Below are positions 8,531 to 16,890 of a stretch of 64,000 nucleotides of DNA, in pieces. The notes below the pieces were generated by a model. That model worked only from the letters and a program-made list of their open reading frames with translations. It ran no database searches and was not told where the DNA came from. The stretch spans positions 16,259-80,258 of the forward strand of contig BTVV01000015.1 in assembly GCA_045863855.1 (NCBI GenBank), written 5' to 3'. Numbering within the stretch: position 1 is the first letter of the stretch; the number at the start of each line of letters is the position of its first letter. The DNA is from Planctomycetota bacterium (GTDB lineage: Bacteria > Planctomycetota > SZUA-567 > H5-PLA8). A program made the position numbers and the translations under genes.

Positions 8531-8746
8531 AGTTTCAAGGATGCTGTGGCGGTGGGTGATGGGTTGAAGGTTTAGGCGCGTGCGGTCGGAGAGTCGCGGA
8601 GCAGCGCCGACGGCGCTTGCTCTGTGGCAGTCGGCTGATGCGGTGGGGTGCGATCCGGACGGGAGAGATGGAGCGCGGTTTTCATGGGGTTGTAGACGCC
8701 TGCGGCGCCCCCATCACGGGGTGATGGGGGGCACCCGGGTACCCGG
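8531..8746 (+). repeat. array repeat copy 6 (full A+B)
   Basis: Collinear with 6755-6970 over about 210 nt. Confidence 0.92.
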
Positions 8747-8763
8747 CCTAAGGGCAGTCGTTT

Positions 8764-9288
8764 ATGGGCGAGATTCATCTGGCTTCAAGAGACGGAGATC
8801 TGCAGCGGGTCAAAGAAATACTCGAGCATGATCCCGGTCTCATCGAATCGCGAAATGAGTACGACTATTCGCCTTTGCATTTAGCCGCAGAACGCGGGCG
8901 TACGTCCGTGGTGGAATATCTATTGGACGCAGGAGCAAATGTGAACTGCATCGATTCCGAGAATTATACGAAGACGCCGCTTTTTTTAGCCGCCGAATGT
9001 GGAAGAATTTGCGTCTGCATGATTTTAGTTGCACGCGGCGCCGATGTTAATTGTCGCGAAGAAACTTATAAAACTACACCCTTACACGAGGCGGCACGGT
9101 ATGGATTTTTCGATATTGTTGAATTCTTGATTGAGAGCGGCGCGGACATAAATGCCGTTGACGATGACCATATAAGTACGCCATTGGATTTAGCGGTCGA
9201 AAACAGGCGGGAAAAATCTATCGAGGTGCTGCTTAGGAGGGGTGCCGTAGCGCGCCAGGGCTCTTCGCGCGGCGGTGCGCCGAGTTGA
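8764..9288 (+). CDS. ankyrin repeat protein
   Basis: SPLHLAAERG, TPLFLAAECG, TPLHEAARYG, TPLDLA repeats; AT-richer than host. Confidence 0.93.
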   Translation: MGEIHLASRDGDLQRVKEILEHDPGLIESRNEYDYSPLHLAAERGRTSVVEYLLDAGANVNCIDSENYTKTPLFLAAECGRICVCMILVARGADVNCREETYKTTPLHEAARYGFFDIVEFLIESGADINAVDDDHISTPLDLAVENRREKSIEVLLRRGAVARQGSSRGGAPS

Positions 9289-9341
9289 TTCGAGAGGCGC
9301 GGGTGGCAAGCGCGTTCGTTATGCTGCGGGGGAGGTAGGCG

Positions 9342-9447
9342 TCTGTTTTATGGATGCCGTGGCGGTAGATGATGGGGTGGAGGATTGAGTGCGTGCAGTC
9401 GGCGGGGTACGGAGCAGCGCCCACGACGCTTGCTCTGTGGCACTCGG
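9342..9447 (+). repeat. array repeat copy 7 (module A)
   Basis: tctgttttatggatgccgtggcgg...ggagcagcgcccacgacgcttgctctgtggcactcgg. Confidence 0.88.
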
Positions 9448-9581
9448 CGCGTGACGCGTTTGGGTTCGGCGACGATCGACTGCCGGCGGCGCCGGCCGAC
9501 TCAAGCCGGATTGACTTCTGCTCTTGGCGCTTTCGCGCGGCGGCGTTTCCTCCATACTGTAGGGCAGGCAGGAGGCATCGC

Positions 9582-10145
9582 GTGACGGACGCGCCGGAAG
9601 GGAAGTCCAGCTATACGGGCCTGTGGGTTTTCCTGGGCTTGGCGGGCTATGTCACGGCTTGCGTTGGGGGCATCTACCTCCTCACGGGGGAGATCGTCGC
9701 CGAAAGCGGTTTCAAGGCTCTCGTTGCGGGCACGCTCGGAAGCCTGTTCGCGATCCTTATACTGGGCGCGCTCGCGAGTGCCTTGATTCTGGATCGCTTC
9801 AAGAGCGACCCGGCAGGGCGGGCGCGCGCGGCGATGGCATTGAGCGGCGTGCTGTTGCTCGCGGTGGCGTCCTTCGCCTGGTTCGAATTCCAGCCGCTGG
9901 CTGCGCGAAATCCCAGTTCTTTCTACGGCGCTCCCCAAGCCCGCTACGAAGTCACCTTTGCCTCGGGCGCCCAAGAGATTCGAACCGGCGCGCAGCTCGG
10001 CACTGAAGAGTGGAGCTGGTGGGTGGGGTTCTACTTCTCGATCCTGTTGGTCGGCGGCGCATCGGGCTTGTGGATGTTCGGTTCCAACCTGCTGGCCAGC
10101 TTTCGCATTCCGGAAAGCGCCGGCTCCGTCCCGCCCGATGCGTAG
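9582..10145 (+). CDS. membrane protein (about 4 TM)
   Basis: GGAGG RBS at 9571-9575 before GTG 9582; four hydrophobic segments. Confidence 0.72.
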   Translation: MTDAPEGKSSYTGLWVFLGLAGYVTACVGGIYLLTGEIVAESGFKALVAGTLGSLFAILILGALASALILDRFKSDPAGRARAAMALSGVLLLAVASFAWFEFQPLAARNPSSFYGAPQARYEVTFASGAQEIRTGAQLGTEEWSWWVGFYFSILLVGGASGLWMFGSNLLASFRIPESAGSVPPDA

Positions 10146-10277
10146 GCCCTGAGTTCGGCGTAGCTCGCATGCCTCGGTGCACAGGCGAGCCGAGTCCCGC
10201 GTAACATGGCTGAATAGGTATTGAACGCGCGCGGCGCTTAGATCATGGAATGATGGTTTATTTTCTGGAATGCAATA

Positions 10278-10574
10278 ATGACCATCCAATCTATTATCGT
10301 TCCCGTTTTTTCGTGGATCGTTGTGTTAATGCCGCTCTGGCTTGGTTGGTTTATTGGGAAAAAAGCTTGCATGAAATCGATTAAGAGGCTTTTGCTTCTA
10401 GGTCTGATTCCGATCATTATTTCATCCGTTTTTTTGTCGGTGCATTCCACAGAAGGAGACCCTCACCAGGAGAATGCTTTGGCGGTATTTGTGGTGTTGA
10501 TTTGGCTCGAAACTACTTTTGTTGCCGCCCACTTTTTCAGAACTATGGCAGATCGAAATGCCGTTAAGGATTAA
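10278..10574 (+). CDS. small AT-rich membrane protein (3 TM)
   Basis: Three hydrophobic helices; markedly AT-rich DNA. Confidence 0.62.
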   Translation: MTIQSIIVPVFSWIVVLMPLWLGWFIGKKACMKSIKRLLLLGLIPIIISSVFLSVHSTEGDPHQENALAVFVVLIWLETTFVAAHFFRTMADRNAVKD

Positions 10575-10618
10575 GTGGATTGTTAAGCGGTCTTACTTAA
10601 GGCGATTTCGTTTCGGTG

Positions 10619-10675
10619 CGCGCTTCGCGCGGAAAATTTTTTCACCTCCCCTACCCCTCCTTGGCAAGGAGGGGA
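10619..10675. repeat. REP-like palindrome (CCCCTCCTT-GGC-AAGGAGGGG type), copy 1
   Basis: gcgcttcgcgcgg...cacctcccctacccctccttggcaaggagggga; second copy at 14057-14114. Confidence 0.75.
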
Positions 10676-10761
10676 AAGGCTCGGTCAAAAGCAAAATGCA
10701 ATTGGTGAGACCGCATAGCCGCCGACATGGAGGCTTCGGTCGGACAGTGCGGTTGTGGCGC

Positions 10762-12090
10762 TTACACGGGCAGGTCGAAGAGATCGCGGGCGAGGCGGAG
10801 GATCTCGGGGCGTTGTTCTTTGGGCATGCCGCGGGGAAAGGGGAGTTTGGGGGTTTCGGCGGCTTCGAGGGCCAGCGGTGCGGCGGCGTTGAGCACGCGG
10901 CAGAGCGCCTCGGGGCTGACGGTGCCCAGATGATCGTGCGGGCTGTGGTGCTGCCAGCGCCCGCCGGGGAAATTGCTGCGGTGGTACCAGACGGCCGGGA
11001 CGCCGTAGACGGTGAGCGGGAAGTGGTCGCCGAAGGGCGTGATCGTCACGTGCGGGCGGACTTCGAGGCCGGCTTGGGCGAGTCGTTCGACGGCCCAGCG
11101 CCCGACGGCGGGGGCTCCGGCGATGAGCAGATCGGTATGCCCCAGGGCGGAGGAGAGGGAATCGAAGTTGAAGAGGAGCGCGTGGGCGTTCATCTCGCGG
11201 CGGTGCTTGAGGACGTAATGCTTGGCTCCGACGCTGAGCTGTTCTTCGGTCCCGAACGAGATGAAGCGCAGTCCGCGGCGGGTGGGCTTCTTGCGCGCGC
11301 GCAGCGCGAGCACTCGGGCGAGCGCCAATAGGCTGACCGTACCGCTGGCGTTGTCGTCGGCTCCGGGGTTGCCGAGCTGTGTATCGTAGTGGCAGCCGAA
11401 AGCGACCATCCCGGCCTTCGGATCGCGCCCGGGCCAGTCGGCGACGACGTTGTAGCTCACCGCATCGACCACTTCGGTCCGCACGCAGGCGCGCACGCGC
11501 TTCACGCCGTCGATGCGCCATTGGTAGGCGCTGCGGTAGGCGACGCCGACCGTGGGGCGCGCTCCGTGAAGGCGGACCCATTCGGGCAGGAGCCCGTCGG
11601 CCTTGGGCCACTCCATGGGCAGGCGGTCGTCGACCCACAAAATCACTTCGGCTCCGCTGCGCACGAGCTTGCGGTGCCCGTCGGTATCGGTGCTGAGGGG
11701 GCCGAAGACGAGGAGCGCTTTGCCTTTGAGGCTTCCGGGCTTGAGGCGTTCTTTCTGATCGGGGAGTTCGAGCCAGACGAGTTCGCGTTCTACGGGGCGG
11801 TCGGCGGGCGTGGTGGAGGGGCTTCCGGCGAGGACCGAGCAGGGGACGCGGACCCAGCGTTTGCCGTGTGGGATTTCGATGCGCGCTTCGGCGCGTTTGA
11901 GCATGCGGCAGGGGAAGGCTTCGAGTCGCACGTCGGCGCAGCCCAGGCGGCGGTACTGTTCGAGGAGGTATTCGGCGGCGCGGTGTTCGGCGGCGCTTCC
12001 GGCGCGGCGTTCGCCGATGGCGTTGCAAAGCATTTCCCAATGCGGGAGCAGATGCTGAGGGCGGATGGGGGGCAGGACGGCACTGGCCAT
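10762..12090 (-). CDS. M28 family metallopeptidase
   Basis: GCHYDT, GADDNASG, GTEEQ, NFDS, GDH and HHSPHD motifs. Confidence 0.9.
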   Translation of the reverse strand: MASAVLPPIRPQHLLPHWEMLCNAIGERRAGSAAEHRAAEYLLEQYRRLGCADVRLEAFPCRMLKRAEARIEIPHGKRWVRVPCSVLAGSPSTTPADRPVERELVWLELPDQKERLKPGSLKGKALLVFGPLSTDTDGHRKLVRSGAEVILWVDDRLPMEWPKADGLLPEWVRLHGARPTVGVAYRSAYQWRIDGVKRVRACVRTEVVDAVSYNVVADWPGRDPKAGMVAFGCHYDTQLGNPGADDNASGTVSLLALARVLALRARKKPTRRGLRFISFGTEEQLSVGAKHYVLKHRREMNAHALLFNFDSLSSALGHTDLLIAGAPAVGRWAVERLAQAGLEVRPHVTITPFGDHFPLTVYGVPAVWYHRSNFPGGRWQHHSPHDHLGTVSPEALCRVLNAAAPLALEAAETPKLPFPRGMPKEQRPEILRLARDLFDLPV

Positions 12091-12214
12091 GCGAGCGATC
12101 CTCGCTAAGAGTAAAGGTTGCAAGCGTGCACGAATCGGAAGCAGTATACCGCGCCGCCCGGGAGCGGCGCGGCGGATTCGCATGCGAGCCGGGGTTCGAG
12201 GGAGGGGGTGGGGC

Positions 12215-13078
12215 ATGGCGAAAAAAGCGAGCCGGGCGCGGGACGTGCGCCGCGTGTACCTGATGACCGATCTGGAAGGCTGCGCGGGCGTCGACGACTG
12301 GGATCCGCGGCACGCCGATTACGTGAATACCGCGCGCTACGTGTACGAGCGCGCCGAGATGCAGCGGCTCTTGACCGCCGAAGTGAACGCATGCGTCGAA
12401 GGCTGCGTGGACGCGGGCGTGGACGAAGTGATCGTGAACGACGCTCACGGAGCGGGCCGGACGATTCTGATCGAGGAGCTGCATCCGAAGGCGCTGCTGT
12501 TCCGGGGCAAGATGCGGCCGTATTGGCTGATCGGGCTCGACCGCTGCGACGCGATCTTTCACGTCGGGATGCACGCGATCTCGGATACGACGGCGGGGAC
12601 GTTGAGCCACACGATGAGCAAGAGCGTGAAGCATTACCGGGTCAACGGCCGTCCGGTCAGCGAGTTCGATATCTCGATTCTGATCGCCGGGCACCACGGG
12701 ATACCGGCACCGTTCTTCAGCGGTGAGCGTTTGGCGTGCCAGCAGGTGAAGACGCTGGCGCCGGCGACCGTCACGGTGGAGACGAAGGAAGGGTTCAGCG
12801 AGCAGTGCGCGATCCACCGGATGCCTGCGGTGGTTTGCGCGGAGATTCGGGAGCGTTCGGCTCGGGCGGTGGACGAGGCGCGGCAGGGCAAGCACCCGCC
12901 GGTGGCGTGGAAGGGGCCGTTTACGCTGGAGATCGAGATGCGCGAACCCTCGTACCGGCCCGAAGATGCGGGTCCGGGCAAGACGTTTAACCACAGCCGG
13001 AGCATGTCATGGCGCGCGGCTGACATGGTCTCGGTCTTTAACTATGCGGTGTACGGGAAGCGTCCGAAAGCGCGCTGA
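12215..13078 (+). CDS. M55 family D-aminopeptidase (DppA-like)
   Basis: YLMTDLEG, VNDAHG, VGMHA, TLSHT. Confidence 0.9.
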   Translation: MAKKASRARDVRRVYLMTDLEGCAGVDDWDPRHADYVNTARYVYERAEMQRLLTAEVNACVEGCVDAGVDEVIVNDAHGAGRTILIEELHPKALLFRGKMRPYWLIGLDRCDAIFHVGMHAISDTTAGTLSHTMSKSVKHYRVNGRPVSEFDISILIAGHHGIPAPFFSGERLACQQVKTLAPATVTVETKEGFSEQCAIHRMPAVVCAEIRERSARAVDEARQGKHPPVAWKGPFTLEIEMREPSYRPEDAGPGKTFNHSRSMSWRAADMVSVFNYAVYGKRPKAR

Positions 13079-13168
13079 AATGCTTCAACAGGGGGTGGGC
13101 GGGTGTTTAGTGGTGTATATGTCGCTAGATGTCTAAACCTCGTTGGGTGGATTTTGGGAGGTGGGCTC

Positions 13169-14029
13169 ATGTTGTCTTACAAACCTTTGTTGAAGCTGAT
13201 GTTGTGTGCATGTTTAGGCGCCGGGACGGTATGGGCGCAAGAGGGCGGAGGGCTGAAAGCTCCGGCGGAGACCTACGATTGGGCGACGCCTATGAAGGAG
13301 GTCGCCAAGAAGTTCAGCGGGACGCAGGGCGTGTACTTGCTGGTGGGGGATTCGATCACGTACGCGAATCCGAACACGCAGTACTGCCGCTACGGGCAGG
13401 GCCAGTCGCCGGCCGAGAAGGCATTCTTGAAGTGGGCTCATGCGGGCGAGAAGAACGACAGCGACGGGTTTCATCTGGCTTCGGCGGATGCGGCGGGCGG
13501 GCGGAGCCACACGGCGGTGAGCGGTATTCGCGCCGACGAGTCGCTGAAAGGCGGCAAGGCGGGCATCCCGGCGCTGGATGCGTTGATCAAGAAGTACAAT
13601 CCGCAGCTTGTGCTGTACATGCTGGGGACGAACGATCTTTCGGGCAACCGTCCGGTGGCGCAGTACATCGCGGACGTGGAGAAGGCGATGGATCTGTTCC
13701 TCGCGAACGGGACGGTGCCGATTCTCTCGACGCTCCCGCCGCACAAGCACCGCCTGGAAGCCTGCGAAGCGTACAACACGGCGTTGCGGCAACTGGCCGA
13801 GAAGAAGAAGATCCCGCTGCTGGATTTGAACGCGGAGATGAAGGCGCGGGCGGGCGACGGCTACATGGATGCGTACCTCGATAAGGACGGGATTCATTTG
13901 AGCGTCAACGGAATCGCGGCCGGTCCTTCGACGGAAGAGAATCTGAAGAAGAGCGGCTATCTGCTGCGCGGGTACACGACGGTGCAGAAGGGGATGATCG
14001 TGAAGGCGCAGGTCTTCGACGCGAAGTAA
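13169..14029 (+). CDS. secreted SGNH/GDSL hydrolase
   Basis: Signal peptide, GDSIT, LGTND, DGIH. Confidence 0.9.
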   Translation: MLSYKPLLKLMLCACLGAGTVWAQEGGGLKAPAETYDWATPMKEVAKKFSGTQGVYLLVGDSITYANPNTQYCRYGQGQSPAEKAFLKWAHAGEKNDSDGFHLASADAAGGRSHTAVSGIRADESLKGGKAGIPALDALIKKYNPQLVLYMLGTNDLSGNRPVAQYIADVEKAMDLFLANGTVPILSTLPPHKHRLEACEAYNTALRQLAEKKKIPLLDLNAEMKARAGDGYMDAYLDKDGIHLSVNGIAAGPSTEENLKKSGYLLRGYTTVQKGMIVKAQVFDAK

Positions 14030-14056
14030 GCCTTTTCGGTCAAGGCTTTAAGGAAG

Positions 14057-14114
14057 GCGCTTCGCGCGGTTGGTTCTGCTCACCTCTCCTTGCCCCACCT
14101 TGGCAAGGAGGGGA
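14057..14114. repeat. REP-like palindrome, copy 2
   Basis: gcgcttcgcgcgg...cacctctccttgccccaccttggcaaggagggga. Confidence 0.72.
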
Positions 14115-14226
14115 GACGGCGAGGTCCGAGGCAAGACTTCGTAAGACGGTTGCTCTCACCGCTTGACCTGAATCGTCTCTGCCGCGAGCTTATTCCCGGG
14201 AGCCTGAGCGCTCCCGGGAGGCTCGC

Positions 14227-14664
14227 GTGCTCAAGAAGCTGATCGAACAAACCCAATGGGCGAACGCGCGCTGGATCGCGTTCGTGTACGACCGCGCGCT
14301 CGAGGACCGCCCGCGGCGGCTGGTGGCGCATCTGCTGCTGGCGGAGCGGGCTTGGTTCGACCGGCTGGACGGGCGCGAACCGGGGCCGCTCTTGTTCGCA
14401 TTGCTGAGCCGGGACGAGTTGGAGCGGATGCAGGAGGCGCATCGCGCGCGCTACGCGGAGATCCTGGCGGGCGATTTGAACCGCACGATCGAGTACCGGC
14501 GCTTCAACGGCGAGCGCCATGCGTCGCCGGTTTCGGATATCCTGCTGCATCTGGTCACGCACGCGTTCCATCACCGCGGGCAGCTTTCGAGTTACTATGC
14601 CGAGCAGGGCGTGGCGTGCCCGCGGACGGACTTTATCCAGTATTGTCGTGCTCCGGAGGCGTGA
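14227..14664 (+). CDS. DinB family protein
   Basis: WANARW, HLLLAE..W, ILLHLVTHAFHHRGQ. Confidence 0.9.
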   Translation: MLKKLIEQTQWANARWIAFVYDRALEDRPRRLVAHLLLAERAWFDRLDGREPGPLLFALLSRDELERMQEAHRARYAEILAGDLNRTIEYRRFNGERHASPVSDILLHLVTHAFHHRGQLSSYYAEQGVACPRTDFIQYCRAPEA

Positions 14665-14741
14665 ATCGGTGCATGTATAGAGAAAGGTGCGGGTGGTCTA
14701 TACGTTAGTTGTGAAGGGTAGGCCGGATGGAGGTGGGATGC

Positions 14742-16619
14742 ATGCCGATCCGATTTCATAACCTGCTTTGGTTCATGGTATTATGGGTCGGTTGCAGCGG
14801 TTTATGCGCTTGTGCAGCGACGTTGGGGGTGGGGCCGGGCCAGCCGTACGGCCGGATTATGGATGCTTATAAGGTAGCAAAAGAAGGAGACATGATCGCG
14901 GTGCTGCCGCTGCCGAACGGGCAGGGGTACCGGGGCGAGGAACTGCAGGTCAAGAAGGCGCGGATCTACTTCAAAGGCATCAAGGGCCCCGACGGCAAGC
15001 GGGTGAAGATCGACGGGAAGGGCGTGGACTACAGCGGGCGTGAGCCGCATCCGCGCGCGATCTTTCAGTTCAATCCCGGGGCCGACGGCTGCGTGCTGGA
15101 AGGCTTCGAGTTGTACGACGCGCACAACGGATCGCACAACGGCGCGGGCGTGCGCGTGAACGCGGCCAACCACGTCACGATTCGCGACTGCGAGATCCAC
15201 ACCTGCGATATGGGCATGATGGCGAACGGTGACGTAAAGACACGTACGATGTCGAACTTGCGCGTCGAGTTCTGCCACGTTCACCACAACGGGAACAAAG
15301 AAGATCCGGGGCTGAACCACAACTTTTATCTGGGCGGCACGAGCGTGACGCTGCACGGCTGCGAGGTGAGCCACCCGGTCACGGGGCATAACGTGAAGAG
15401 CCGCGCGCACCACACGCGGGTGGAGTTCTGCTTCGTTCACGATTCGCTGAACCGGGAGTTCGATCTGGTGGACGGGCACCAGAACACCGAAGCGCCGAAC
15501 AGCGACGCGGTGTTGCTGGGGAATCTGATCGTCAAGAGCCCCACATGCGACAACGGGACGGTGATCCAGTTCGGGCAGGACGTGGGCAGCCCGCACAACG
15601 GCACGATTCACGTCGTCCACAACACGATCGTGACGTATTCGCGCGCGCCGATCGTGGAGCTTTCGGCTCCGGGGGCAAGCGCGAAGCTGTTCAACAACAT
15701 CGTCTGGCAGGCCGGTCCTTCGGACAAAGAGCTGCGCATCTCCGGCGTGCGCGGAGCGATCAAGCCCGAAGCGTTTTCGGGGACGCACAACTGGATGGGG
15801 CCGCGGGCCGAGTTTATGGGCGGTTCGAAGCTGACCGCCGAGGGGAACCACGTGAGCGCGGGCGAGGCGCCGCCCTTCGAGAATCCGGCGGTCTTCGATT
15901 ACCGGTTGAAGCAGGCGGCGGCGCCGTTCGGTGCGGGCCTGGCGCTGAAGGACCTCGTGCTTCCGGCGGTGCCCGGCGCTCCGCCGGCGGGGGCGCTGGC
16001 GCTGAAGCATTACGTTCATCCGTTGAAGACCGAAGCGCGCAAGATCGAGGGCGAGCCCGATTTGGGGGCCTTCGAGTCGGGAGCTCAAGCCGGGTTGGCG
16101 GTGGCGGCCGCGGCCGCGGCGGCATCTCCCGGCGAAGGGACGGCCGTGGCGGCGGTAACGCCGGCCGCCAAGCCGGAGGCCGCGCCGGCGAAGCCGGCGG
16201 TCGACGAGGCGCGGCAGAAGACGCAGCGGGAACGCTGGAAGGCGCAGCTCGTGGCGCGCGTGATCGAGGCGATTCAGGCCGGGGCGCATCCGCGGGCGTA
16301 TTTGCGCATCTTCGGCGATAAGCCGGAAGCGGTGAAGCTGTTGAGCGCCGACGAGAAGACCCTGCAGCTTTCGTTCAACGGGAACAAGATGCCTTGGACG
16401 TGGGCGCAGATCCGCGAGTCCGATCTGCTGGGTTTGATGCAGGTGGTCTTCGACGAGGCGCGCGCGGGCGATCATTACCTGCTGGGCGCGTTTTTGTGGA
16501 TGTCCGGGCGGCACGAACCGGCGGACCAGCATTTCGCGCAGGCGCGGCTTGCGGGGGCCGACGGGGTGGAGGAGGCGCAGGAAGTTTTGCGCACGGTTTT
16601 TCCGGCCGCGGCGCATTGA
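14742..16619 (+). CDS. secreted right-handed beta-helix protein with Ala/Pro linker and C-terminal domain
   Basis: Signal peptide; GAGVRV, HNFYLG, GHNVKSRA and NNIVW beta-helix repeats; PDLGAFE; low-complexity linker. Confidence 0.85.
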   Translation: MPIRFHNLLWFMVLWVGCSGLCACAATLGVGPGQPYGRIMDAYKVAKEGDMIAVLPLPNGQGYRGEELQVKKARIYFKGIKGPDGKRVKIDGKGVDYSGREPHPRAIFQFNPGADGCVLEGFELYDAHNGSHNGAGVRVNAANHVTIRDCEIHTCDMGMMANGDVKTRTMSNLRVEFCHVHHNGNKEDPGLNHNFYLGGTSVTLHGCEVSHPVTGHNVKSRAHHTRVEFCFVHDSLNREFDLVDGHQNTEAPNSDAVLLGNLIVKSPTCDNGTVIQFGQDVGSPHNGTIHVVHNTIVTYSRAPIVELSAPGASAKLFNNIVWQAGPSDKELRISGVRGAIKPEAFSGTHNWMGPRAEFMGGSKLTAEGNHVSAGEAPPFENPAVFDYRLKQAAAPFGAGLALKDLVLPAVPGAPPAGALALKHYVHPLKTEARKIEGEPDLGAFESGAQAGLAVAAAAAAASPGEGTAVAAVTPAAKPEAAPAKPAVDEARQKTQRERWKAQLVARVIEAIQAGAHPRAYLRIFGDKPEAVKLLSADEKTLQLSFNGNKMPWTWAQIRESDLLGLMQVVFDEARAGDHYLLGAFLWMSGRHEPADQHFAQARLAGADGVEEAQEVLRTVFPAAAH

Positions 16620-16663
16620 TTTTTGGGTGCGGAGTGGGCGGTTCCAGGCGTTGGCGGCTCGAA

Positions 16664-16775
16664 GGCCGGTGTGCCGGCTGCCGCTAGATGACCTGCGGGC
16701 GAGACGCCTGCGATACCTGGGCCGGTGTGCCGGCTGCCGCTGCATGACCTGCGGGCGAGACGCCCGCGATACCTG
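16664..16775 (+). repeat. tandem 2 x 56-bp repeat containing a REP hairpin
   Basis: 16664-16719 and 16720-16775 differ at 3 positions; core GCGGGCG-AGA-CGCCCGC. Confidence 0.9.
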
Positions 16776-16890
16776 GAACCGAAAGGCCTTGGCCGAGCGG
16801 GTTCCCGACTGGCAAACGGTTCCGAAGCCCCTACACTACCGGTTTCCGGGGGCGCCGTGGCCTCCTTGCCGCACAACCGAGGTTTCGAAC

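Noticed and set aside
5725..8831. ORFs sharing peptides such as MKAAPHLSRP or GHGAAPTALA (5725-5928, 6587-7060, 7661-7963, 8572-8778, 8580-8831)
   Set aside because: They are translations of the non-coding repeat, with inconsistent frames, starts and indels.
2511..9447. Array repeats as integron attC sites
   Set aside because: GTTRRRY-like words occur (GTTGGGC, GTTGAGT), but there is no complementary upstream RYYYAAC box or attC-style long palindrome, and no intI in the window.
2511..9447. Array repeats as a CRISPR array
   Set aside because: Repeats are 75-245 nt, degenerate and separated by whole genes; no cas genes.
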